Source: Rotaria sordida
Taxonomy: Eukaryota
Length of the DNA: 9,827 bases
Direction: 5' to 3'
Assembly (NCBI GenBank): GCA_905252715.1
Contig: CAJNOU010001554.1
Location: 19,592 to 29,418, forward strand
Within the stretch, counting starts at the first letter, position 1. The number at the start of each line of letters is the position of its first letter. A program made the translations under genes and the position numbers. This document shows, in pieces, positions 1-7,559 of this stretch. Under the pieces are notes generated by a model that was given only the letters and a program-made list of their open reading frames with translations, searched no databases and had not been told where the DNA came from.

Positions 1-425
1 AACATCGAGCCAACAGTAAACGAAGTGCAGGTTTTTTTATCATCGAAGTTGCTAAAATGGCTTGGCTAATGTTGAAAAGAGTTATAAACCGACTGACGAT
101 TGTTCTTGATATTACGGACACCTCTTCCATGTACTTACGTTTGATTAGAAAATGGTTGAATTCTTGTGAACAACGGAGGATTCGAAACGAGATCGTTTTC
201 AAAAAAAAATTGAGTGAATAGTACTCAAATGCTGCGCTTTCCTATATATATTACATTATATTATTGCATTTATTGCTATCGAATTTCGTAATTTCTTGAC
301 ACTGTTACACAATAAAGAAGTAGAGAAGGAAGTCAAAAGCATGGATTACAATCAAAACACAATTACGCTTGCGTAACCTATGATAAATGTGTGATGTAAT
401 TTAACCATGATTGCTGAATGAGTCA

Positions 426-1020
426 TCATTTTTGTACAAAAAAATGTGTCGTTTTGTTTTCGGCAAAATTCATTCTCAGGAGGGTGTGGGCGTTTTTATT
501 TCTAAAAGTTAAATTCAATGCATCATTGGAGGTGAGTTTGTCAAACGTATCATGGCATAAGGGGTATCCAAGCAGATATGAGCGAAAGTTGACTTTGCCA
601 AAGTTTGAATATGGGTGTGGGTGTGGATGCTTTAATCTCCACTCATACCGACACCCACACCCATACCCACCCTTCTTTTTAATTACATGAGGCAAACGAG
701 CAGTAACTGATGCGCCAGCATCGTTGACAGTGAAATAATTGACTACATGGAAACAGATTCCCATCAATAAGATTCTTATCACACCATGTGCTCTCTTTCT
801 CACGTAATTCAGTCGACATTTCGTTGCCGGTGTATGTGGCAGACAGAGAGAATCATTGAGCGATACATTAGTTCAAAATTGTAACAGAACAAACGCTTAC
901 TGGTGTCAGATATAGAATCGGTTAGTATTTTTGTAGAACCGAGCCGAGTCGAACGGAAAAGATATCAGTAAAATGCGCTCTAACCCATTCCAACTGCCGT
1001 TTAACTCGAAGTTAATATCA
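426..1020 (-). mobile_element. Possible second decayed RT-like repeat fragment of the same family as 7560-8284
   Basis: It shares the nucleotide motif atgggtgtgRgtgtggatg and a hairpin with 7874-7921. Minus-strand translations are weakly RT-like: WCDKNLIDGNLFPC resembles WxxxNxLxxNxxKC, and KVNFRSYLLGY resembles VxEFKYLG. It has several stops and frameshifts. Confidence 0.3.
610..665. repeat. GGGTGTG-type hairpin with a 15-bp perfect stem and 26-nt loop
   Basis: tatgggtgtgggtgt (610-624) is the exact reverse complement of acacccacacccata (651-665). Confidence 0.85.
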
Positions 1021-1156
1021 ATTGATAGGGCTTCGTATTCTACACTCATGAAGCCTCACTCTAAGCCATTTACTTTGAAAAACATCTGATCAATTTCTCA
1101 AACGTGAATGTCGTCAGTTCACGATTTCGCCATCACACATTAACAGTAGTGAAAGA

Positions 1157-1525
1157 ATGTTGTCTATCTTTATTTTTGTGAATGACAACAACCTTAATTG
1201 CATTTTCAACAAATCGTACAAAATAGAACTATCGATTCTTGAGTATGTTTATATGAAAGTGAGCAACTTGTTCCGAAAAATCTTGAGAATCCATTCGCTT
1301 GGAGAGCTTTTTACAAGTCAATACAAGAGAAGGATACTAATGATCTTTCATCTGTTAAAAGTTTTTCGAGTGTGGGTATCGGGGTCGAGAAGATCTACAA
1401 CCACACCTACACGTTCTATAGATATTACAAAATTAGATCATTTTCCTATTGAAAAATTGTACAAGAAAAACATGAGATATGATAAAGTAAGTTATTTGAT
1501 TTATTCGAAGGGAAAACCTCGATAA
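1157..1525 (+). mobile_element. Possible third fragment of the same repeat family, in plus orientation, directly downstream of the TRPV-like stop codon
   Basis: It contains gtgtgggtatcgg...ccacacctacac (1370-1412), which resembles the hairpin motif at 610-665. aatctt..agtcaat shows weak similarity to the 426-1020 fragment. The ORF has no recognisable domain. Confidence 0.2.
1500..1505 (-). terminator. Candidate polyadenylation signal AATAAA for the TRPV-like gene
   Basis: AATAAA on the minus strand about 63 nt downstream of the stop codon. The hexamer is common in AT-rich DNA, so this is weak evidence. Confidence 0.3.
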
Positions 1526-1567
1526 ATATTGTTGTTTTTGTCGTTTTTAATTATTTTCATGGTATTG

Positions 1568-1742
1568 TTAGTCATCATTTTCTTTGTCGTTCATCGAATC
1601 AGAAAGATCATTTTTTACTTGTTCAACTTGTAAATAAGGTTTACCTTGTACATCTACCCAATATTTATTATTAGTCAAGTAGCGTTCAGACTTTGCAATG
1701 CCACTTTCAAGATCAAGTGCAGTACGTGCTCGCTCTAAATGC
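1568..1742 (-). CDS. TRPV-like channel exon 9 (TRP-box region and C-terminus, including stop codon 1570-1568)
   Basis: A 71-bp intron precedes it, with acceptor acaaag| at 1744-1743. Translation: (W)HLERARTALDLESGIAKSERYLTNNKYWVDVQGKPYLQVEQVKNDLSDSMNDKENDD, then a stop. The phase-2 junction rebuilds the Trp of the KLW motif. Confidence 0.8.
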
Positions 1743-4700
1743 CTTTGTTTTATAAAAATAAAAGTAAAGTAATAAAAAAAAAGAAAGAAACAATAGAAAT
1801 AAATAAAACAAACCATAATTTTGTGGCACTTTTTTTTACATCTGCATATGTATCACCCATCATAGCAATAAGTAAATTTAACAAAAGAATAGTAATAATC
1901 ACAATATAGAAGATAAGTAATGTAATACTTGTCTTCGGATATTGTCCTCCAGCATAATGATCTATATCAAAATCACCCAATAAACCCAAAAAACATTGTT
2001 TGATACTTGATATATAACCTTCCAAACCTACAATAAATCATAGTATAAGTCATTTATTCAAAATAACAATTTCATTATAAATCTAATTTTCTTTATAAAT
2101 GAACTGCTCATTCTTTTTTCTTCGTGCGTCATAAAATTTACCATTTTCATTGAATAAAATAAAAAATGATTGTGAGAAACCCGCAAGAAAAATTACATAT
2201 ATTATACAAAAACGAAGGACATCATTGAATAACATTTTATAAATCATAATGACAAATGGACCAGTAAATCGAAATGGCATAATGAAAAAGAACATATAAC
2301 CCCATCCCATAAGAGAAGTAAAAGCAAATATGAGAGTTTCATATTTCTGCATTCCAAATAAATGAAAAACTTGAGCAGTTAAAATAAAAAGACAAAATGA
2401 ACATGCTAAACCATTTTCAAGAAAAATAGATCCCTAAAAACTATCATACTTAATTAAATCTAGAATGATTAAAAACTAATCACTCACTGTACTGTTCAGA
2501 TAATCCAAGAAACCTGAACTACGCATTTCATTTATTTCATGTTTACTTTTCCATAGGGCACCGAATATTAGAATGAAGCGGCCGACTGTACAGGTTATTT
2601 GACGACTAACATTTGAATATGTACCATGAATTGATGCTGTTTTTTTATCCTTTTTACGTGATGTCTAAAAAATACATTTCATAGTTAAACAAGATGTTTT
2701 CGTTAATCTACCGTTTCTGGTCGTGTTTGTTGCAAAATTGTAGTACCAAGAAAAACAAGAAGATAGAGAAATGTAATAAGAAATCGACGAATAAGTATTC
2801 GATAAGCAAAATATTTCCATTTTTTATCAATTAAAGATATAATAATAGGATGTACTAATAGGATGTACTAATTCAGGATCATTATTTTTAATCATTATTT
2901 CAATGACACTAAGAGGTCGTTGTTTACTCTGAATAAAATTAATAAGAGATTCTATAGTTATAAATATGAATATCAGTTAACTCACAGCGTCATGAAAATC
3001 ACGATCGAGTTGATCGAGAGGATGTAATAAGCATGAAACATTACCATAAGACCATTGTATTTTTTTACGCTCATAAAGTAACCATGACAACATTTTAGAT
3101 TGACTTATATCAGCTGCTAGAGTCAATGGCGTGAAACCATCTTTATTTAAACGATTCCACAGTTTCGTTTGTTTTGTTGATGTTGAGCCACTTGTTTTAT
3201 CGTTGTCGTTACTAGCCTGTTGTTCTATCCAACGTGCCTTGAATTTAGCATAAATTTCAGGCAAATTGCGGATAACAAGCATATGCAGAATGGTATTACC
3301 GTTGCTGTCCGTCTAGATATCAATATAAAGAAACCAGAATAAAATTTCTTCAAATGATATTCGTATAAAAAAAAATTATTTGAAAAATTTTCTCTTATCT
3401 CTACGTTTAGGAATATCTCAGTTAAGATCTAAATAAAAATTAGCATTGTTTCATGTGCATTTAAGAAGATTGCAGCTCCTCTTCGGACATGAAAATCAAA
3501 TTTTTTTCGATTATTGGTTATTCATCGTTAATATTGTCCTCTGTGAAATACCATATAAATGGAGGATTTTCGTTATTAGTTAGTACGTTTATTAAATTCA
3601 ACTTTCAAAATTCCTATCGGGAAAATCGCGCTACGATATTTCTATTCTATGCAAAATTCTCCTAATGATGATGATTATTTCTTATTCCGATGGTGTTTAG
3701 AGCTTTGATCATGGACTCCTAACATCAATGAATTCAGTTAGTTTTTCGTCCGTCTAGTTGAAGAAAAAAGCCCTAATAAGTACCGAAAATTATGTTTCTC
3801 ATTTTACTCGAAATCGGTTTTTACACACAAAAAAAGTGCAGAGTTCCCCCCGTTTCTCCGGTACAATATGTTCGATTGACGTGAAACTTTTTTTACAGGT
3901 GCTTGACACTGTTTGTGGTGACTACTTTTTTTTTATTTCGAGAAATATTGCTCTGACGATTTTTTGGTCAATTTCACAAAAAAAAGCATTTGTTCTAGGA
4001 AGTACCCTTACAATTTTGATCTTTTTATTCAAATGAAAGGAGATTAAAAAAACACCCAAAAAAAAGGTAGGCATCCCAAACAGTGTCTAGTATATGTAGA
4101 AAAGGTTTATGTTAATATGCTGGTAGCAAATGCTTTACTGGCATTTTTTCAATCGACCTATACTTTATATTCATAGATATTCTACTGTAAAGACATAAAA
4201 TGCAATAAATATATTGTTTAATTAATACGAGAGCACAAAAGACACTTACAATGGAGGTGTGTGTGATGTAACTCAAGGAGATAGGACATATTCGGGTCAG
4301 ATTAAAGGTCTCATTGCCAAACTAATAAGGTTAAAATATTAGCTGCTAATGGCTTGCCTAGAAGGAGATATTTAACTTTTAAGTGTATGTATAAAAATGA
4401 ATCAGGAAAGGTTTTCTCCACTATTATAAGGACAAAACATAGTGTTGTTCGGGCCGATTATAGGGTTTGTAGGGACCCTCTTACATATGACCCGAACAAC
4501 ACTATGTTCTGTCCTTATAATAGTAGAGTGAATTTGTCCTGTAGCTCATGGAAATAGCTTTTTCTATCAATCACTAGAAAAATTAACTCCGCTACTATAA
4601 GGACAAAACATAGTGTTGTTCGGGTCATATGAAAGAGGGACCCTACAAACCTTATAATCGGCCTTAACAACACTGTGTTTTGTCCTTATAGTAGCGGAGT

Positions 4701-6396
4701 TAATTTTTCTAGTGATTGATAGAAAAAGCTATTTCCATGAGCTACAGGACAAATTCACTCTACTATTATAAGGACAGAACATAGTGTTGTTCGGGTCATA
4801 TGTAAGAGGGTCCCTACAAACCCTATAATCGGCCCGAACAACACTATGTTTTGTCCTTATAATAGTGGAGAAAACCTTTCCTGATTCATTTTTATACATA
4901 CACTTAAAAGTTAAATATCTCCTTCTAGGCAAGCCACTAGCAGCTAATATTTTAACCTTATTAGTTTGGCAATGAGACCTTTAATCTGACCCGAATATGT
5001 CCTATCTCCTTGAGTTACATCACACACACCTCCATTGTTAGTATCAAACTCTTTCAATACACTCAAATTTCATTCACGAAAAATATACAAAAACAAACTA
5101 AATATATATCATGTAGGTTAAGAAATTCTACGAAAGAAAAATAAGTTATATAATATCGATTCGATATTATTGTTAATATTTTCTATTTTTCGATTTTGTT
5201 TTAACAAGTGTGTTCAAGTTAAAATATGTATATAAAATTGTTAGAAAGAATAATTACCATTCATTCTTATTTCAAATTAAACATCATTATAGTAACGAGT
5301 TATAATCATATTTTTTGTCACTAAGGAAATTGAGATTTAAAAGAGTTTAGAATTCGAAAAAAATCTAGAAAAATTCAACAGAACGCATCAAAATCAGAAA
5401 GAATCAGAAGAAAATACCAAATTCATAAACTTTCCTTTTTTTTCAGAAGATTTGGCTACCCTGATTAAAGGAGCAATTTTTAGCCTTTTTAATCCTAATA
5501 TCCTCTAGAAGAAAGCATCAGTAGCTATTCTCCAGAAACCTTGGAAAGAAGAGGAGGGATCTACTTAAAAGCGAATAATCTTATATATCATATAAATCAG
5601 AATTTAATTCAAGAAGAATGACTCAAAAAGTGCTAATCCTTGACTAAATAAATAAAAAAAACGAGTTTTAAAGAATCTTTTTAGAAGTGATATGAAAAAG
5701 TTCTGAAATAGTTTTCTCTAGACGGAAACCAAAAACACTTGGTATCGCATAACTCTAGTTCAAACATCTATTGTTATTAACTTTTTGCATTCAACATTCA
5801 ATATTTTCTTCTTTACTGACCGCATCCATATCAGCACCATATTTGAGTAAGATTTCAACCATATCCCATTGATTAGTACAACAAGCAAATCCTAGTGGAG
5901 TTTCACCATAATAAGATGGTCGCCCTCTACAAATGTAAATATGAAATATAAGACAGGAGAAAAGTAACTTACATTTTAAAGAAGTCACCTGTAGCAGTTG
6001 CTGTCAATAATTGTTGTCGATAAGACTCTAAATGTTCATTACTAAGTAGACATTCAACCATAGTTGTATAACGTTTGACAATAGCAATATGAAGAATATT
6101 CTCACCGTAATATATCTATATAATTTATGTATATCATTCGAATAACAAAAACAAATGAATATAATTATATTTACTGGTTTATTGTAAATTTGCGTTACTA
6201 TAAATGGAAAACGTATAATAAGATCTCGAGCAATTTCTAAATGTGCATCGGATCCATACAGAAATAACATATGAATAGGACATTCACCAACAGCTCCTCT
6301 TGTGTGAATAATATCTGGATCAATATCGACTAAATTGTTAATGGCAGTCTTGTCGGCATAAAACACAGCTGTCCATATTGTATTATCTTTGTACAT
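1568..6396 (-). CDS. TRPV-family (TRPV5/6-like) TRP cation channel gene with 9 coding exons. The reading frame is broken in exon 5 by a 13-bp tandem duplication, so this may be a pseudogene, a null allele or a sequence error.
   Basis: The spliced conceptual translation follows the TRPV5/6 architecture along its whole length. Ankyrin repeat region: GAVGECPIHMLFLYG, YYGENILHIAIV, YYGETPLGFACCTNQWDMVEILLKYGADMDATDSNGNTILHMLVI, NKDGFTPLTLAA. Pre-S1: IQWSYGNVS, LIDKKWKYFAYR. Six hydrophobic TM segments follow, then the pore CFLGLLGDFD, the TM6 LLLLNLLIAMMGDTY, KLWHLERA and YWVDV..YLQVEQ, which corresponds to the RWFLRVE segment of TRPV6. All introns are GT-AG with consistent phases once the 13-bp duplication is removed. 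That gives 1860 nt, or 619 aa. Confidence 0.9.
1814..2027 (-). CDS. TRPV-like channel exon 8 (pore helix, selectivity filter, TM6)
   Basis: A 114-bp intron precedes it, with acceptor ttgtag| at 2029-2028. Translation: (G)LEGYISSIKQCFLGLLGDFDIDHYAGGQYPKTSITLLIFYIVIITILLLNLLIAMMGDTYADVKKSATKL(W). Donor TG|gtttgt at 1813-1812, phase 2. Confidence 0.85.
2142..2433 (-). CDS. TRPV-like channel exon 7 (TM3-TM5)
   Basis: A 54-bp intron precedes it, with acceptor tttttag| at 2435-2434. Translation: GSIFLENGLACSFCLFILTAQVFHLFGMQKYETLIFAFTSLMGWGYMFFFIMPFRFTGPFVIMIYKMLFNDVLRFCIIYVIFLAGFSQSFFILFNEN(G). Donor G|gtaaat at 2141-2140. This is the only donor upstream of the in-frame TAG whose phase (1) fits the next acceptor. 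Confidence 0.8.
2488..2664 (-). CDS. TRPV-like channel exon 6 (S1-S2 loop and TM2)
   Basis: A 47-bp intron precedes it, with acceptor ttttttag| at 2666-2665. Translation: TSRKKDKKTASIHGTYSNVSRQITCTVGRFILIFGALWKSKHEINEMRSSGFLDYLNST. Donor ACA|gtgagt at 2487-2486. Length is 177 nt. Confidence 0.82.
2712..2928 (-). CDS. TRPV-like channel exon 5 (pre-S1 helix and TM1), frameshifted by a 13-bp tandem duplication
   Basis: Acceptor ttattcag| at 2930-2929 and donor ACG|gtagat at 2711-2710. Read as is: SKQRPLSVIEIMIKNNDPELVHPISTSYYYIFN, then a stop at 2829-2827. With one 13-bp copy removed the exon is 204 nt (phase 0 to 0) and reads ...ELVHPIIISLIDKKWKYFAYRILIRRFLITFLYLLVFLGTTILQQTRPET. This matches the TRPV LxxKWxxF plus TM1 plus YRP segment. 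Confidence 0.8.
2846..2871. repeat. Perfect 13-bp tandem duplication (taggatgtactaa x2 on plus; ATTAGTACATCCT x2 in the coding sense) inside exon 5
   Basis: Read directly: 2846-2858 is identical to 2859-2871, with a further 2-3 bp of flanking microhomology. The length is not a multiple of 3. Confidence 0.95.
2986..3312 (-). CDS. TRPV-like channel exon 4 (ankyrin repeats 5-6 and linker)
   Basis: Acceptor tctag| at 3314-3313 follows the 2508-bp intron. Translation: TDSNGNTILHMLVIRNLPEIYAKF...NKDGFTPLTLAADISQSKMLSWLLYERKKIQWSYGNVSCLLHPLDQLDRDFHDA. Donor GCT|gtgagt at 2985-2984. Length is 327 nt, phase 0 to 0. Confidence 0.88.
4421..4523. repeat. Hairpin module, copy L (about 33-bp stem with 1 mismatch, 37-nt loop) inside the left arm of the palindromic element
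   Basis: ctattataaggacaaaacatagtgttgttcggg [loop ccgattatagggtttgtagggaccctcttacatatga] cccgaacaacactatgttctgtccttataatag. Confidence 0.85.
4589..4697. repeat. Hairpin module, copy C, at the centre of the palindrome. This copy is diverged, and its loop runs in the same orientation as copy R.
   Basis: ccgctactataaggacaaaacatagtgttgttcggg [loop tcatatgaaagagggaccctacaaaccttataatcgg] ccttaacaacactgtgttttgtccttatagtagcgg. The inner stem has 3 mismatches. The loop is the only asymmetric part of the element. Confidence 0.8.
4763..4865. repeat. Hairpin module, copy R, the mirror image of copy L in the right arm
   Basis: Exact reverse complement of 4421-4523. Confidence 0.85.
5821..5926 (-). CDS. 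TRPV-like channel exon 3 (ankyrin repeat 4)
   Basis: A 46-bp intron precedes it, with acceptor ttgtag| at 5928-5927. Translation: (I)GRPSYYGETPLGFACCTNQWDMVEILLKYGADMDA. Donor GCG|gtcagt at 5820-5819, phase 0. This matches TRPV6 [29 protein letters not shown]. Confidence 0.85.
5973..6115 (-). CDS. TRPV-like channel exon 2 (ankyrin repeat 3)
   Basis: Acceptor tatag| at 6117-6116. Translation: IYYGENILHIAIVKRYTTMVECLLSNEHLESYRQQLLTATATGDFFK. Donor AT|gtaagt at 5972-5971, ending in phase 2. This matches the TRPV YEGQTALHIAV...ATG segment. Confidence 0.85.
6175..6396 (-). CDS. TRPV-like channel, first identifiable coding exon (ankyrin repeats 1-2). The start codon is uncertain.
   Basis: ATG at 6396-6394, with an in-frame TAG 27 nt upstream. 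Translation: MYKDNTIWTAVFYADKTAINNLVDIDPDIIHTRGAVGECPIHMLFLYGSDAHLEIARDLIIRFPFIVTQIYNKP. Donor CCA|gtaaat at 6174-6173, phase 0. The ORF track reads on through the 59-bp intron because the intron contains no stop. Confidence 0.65.
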
Positions 6397-6698
6397 AAGT
6401 TCAGTTTGTTGTTCGACTTCGGACTAATTCGAGTCGACATCAGACTTTTTTACTGCAAAAAATATATTGTTTAGCATATAAATCATCAAATAAATTCATA
6501 CCATTTAGCATTATTCATGTAAAACAGAAAACAAAGTCTCGATAATAGTCTTTTTTTCTTTGCTCTTCTCTTTTATAGTATGCGAAGCTGAGTGCTAGCT
6601 TACCACATGTCGCACATAAGATTTTATTTGTACAGTAAATAAAGACACATGCATGAATATATTTCAATCACGTTTAATATTAAATGACGTTACAAAAA

Positions 6699-6741
6699 TT
6701 TTTCTTTTTTCTTTTTTTTTCATTTTTTTTCTTCTTTTCTT
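6699..6741. repeat. Low-complexity polypyrimidine (T/C) tract about 300 nt upstream of the TRPV-like ATG, reading as polypurine on the gene strand
   Basis: Read directly: 43 nt with a single purine. Confidence 0.6.
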
Positions 6742-7559
6742 GCAAAGGCACCCTTGAAATTATTCAAGGAACCAATCAAACTCTTTAAAAAAGTGCCATT
6801 TTTCTAAATATTTTTAGCAATGGCTTTACCTACAAAATTTTCGATATATTTTTGGATTATTATATCAATGTAATCAATACATACAAATGCATTAAACGTT
6901 ATTAATTTCTTTCATATTTTTATATTCGTCATAGTATATAGAAAATTATTTTGTTTTTTATTATGCTCCTAAATGTAACACTCAGAAGTGCTTACATGGT
7001 AATATAAGGAGAAATTATAATATTTAAGTACTAAGCACAATATAAATGCAATGAGTTTTACTGTCACCACTGACATCATTATACGGAGTACTAAATCTGC
7101 TTGTGGAGATGTAAAAGAGTAAAAAGAAAAAGCAAAAAACAAAAGAAACACAAAAATTTCAGAATTTGAGAAGCAGCAAATAAATGAAAGAGAGAAGAGA
7201 AAAAAAAGAACGAAGGATAATGCTTATACGCGTTTTAAGGACAGAAAAAAGGAACAGGGAGAATCAGAGAAGGATTCTTCTTGCCTTTTTTTAATATACA
7301 ACTATTTTATTTAATAAATGATATTCATTTTAAGAGAAGTGATTCATGCTTGTCTATTAAATGCTTTACACAATTGCTATCAAAAAACTGAGCAAGGCGA
7401 TCGTTCTTTCTTTTATGAAAATTATGCTAAAGAAAAATATCATTATAGAATAGTGAATGATCAAGATCCATTGTATGCATACATTTTAATCTTCTTTGAA
7501 TATAGTGTTTAACATAAGCCTCTAATGAGGCAGCGATGCACCAATCAAAGATCAACTGG

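Larger units (their letters stand above)
4248..5038. mobile_element. Foldback or MITE-like non-autonomous element, a 791-bp near-perfect palindrome within intron 3 of the TRPV-like gene
   Basis: Reverse-complementing 4681-5038 reproduces 4248-4607 with one mismatch (4349 a versus 4937 c). The symmetry centre is at 4643. The termini read CAATGGAGGTGTGTGTGATG...CATCACACACACCTCCATTG. TTA lies on both sides (4246-4248 and 5038-5040) if the element is taken as 4249-5037. It has no credible coding capacity. Confidence 0.8.

Noticed and set aside
57-224. Short ORF (+) MAWLMLKRVINRLTIVLDITDTSSMYLRLIRKWLNSCEQRRIRNEIVFKKKLSE at the window edge
   Set aside because: It is 55 aa with no recognisable motif. 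The minus strand here may be the decayed C-terminal part of the RT-like fragment (QAILATSMIKKPALRLLLA). Neither reading can be supported from sequence alone.
610-665. GGGTGT-type repeats considered as interstitial telomere-like sequence
   Set aside because: There are only two or three irregular units, each paired with an inverted complement, and they sit within a dispersed repeat family. There is no tandem array.
418-803. Overlapping ORFs 418-690 (+) and 426-803 (-) with GCGCGC or HPHPHPYP stretches
   Set aside because: The open frames come from the GGGTGTG/CACACCC hairpin and the local drop in AT content. The peptides are low-complexity. At most the minus frame is a decayed RT remnant, not a gene.
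1743-1816. The ends of track ORFs 1568-1816, 1750-2025 and 6028-6396, which are hydrophobic and Phe/Ile-rich (for example MVCFIYFYCFFLFFYYF and VNIIIFICFCYSNDIH)
   Set aside because: These are translations of AT-rich mini-introns that happen to lack stops. Splice signals and TRPV homology place the exon boundaries inside the ORFs.
2083-2141. Read-through of exon 7 giving NENGKFYDARRKKNEQFIYKEN-stop, in which GKFYD resembles GHFYD of the TRPV6 turret
   Set aside because: The read-through ends at a stop before the pore and TM6. The donor G|gtaaat at 2141-2140 is the only one whose phase fits the acceptor at 2029-2028. The spliced product (NENGLEGYISSIKQCF) aligns equally well with the turret and pore helix. 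The GKFYD match is probably coincidence.
3758-4036. ORF of 92 aa (+) in the long intron, and likewise 6969-7151 (-) and 7318-7512 (+)
   Set aside because: They have no recognisable domains, their composition is typical of random AT-rich sequence, and they sit in intron or intergenic repeat context.
4354-4932. Two ORFs (4354-4557 + and 4729-4932 -) that encode the identical 67-aa peptide MPRRRYLTFKCMYKNESGKV...
   Set aside because: They are mirror images produced by the perfect arms of the palindrome, so any ORF in one arm must reappear on the other strand. They begin at TTG, lie in an intron and resemble no protein family I recognise.
3309-5726. The 9-mer tccgtctag (or its complement) occurs three times (about 3308-3316, 3749-3757 and 5718-5726). 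The last two lie in inverted orientation with gttttt-rich flanks, hinting at a 2-kb element that encloses the palindrome.
   Set aside because: Similarity fades within about 20 bp and no further arm homology or target-site duplication is visible. One copy is simply the exon 4 acceptor. The evidence is too weak to call.
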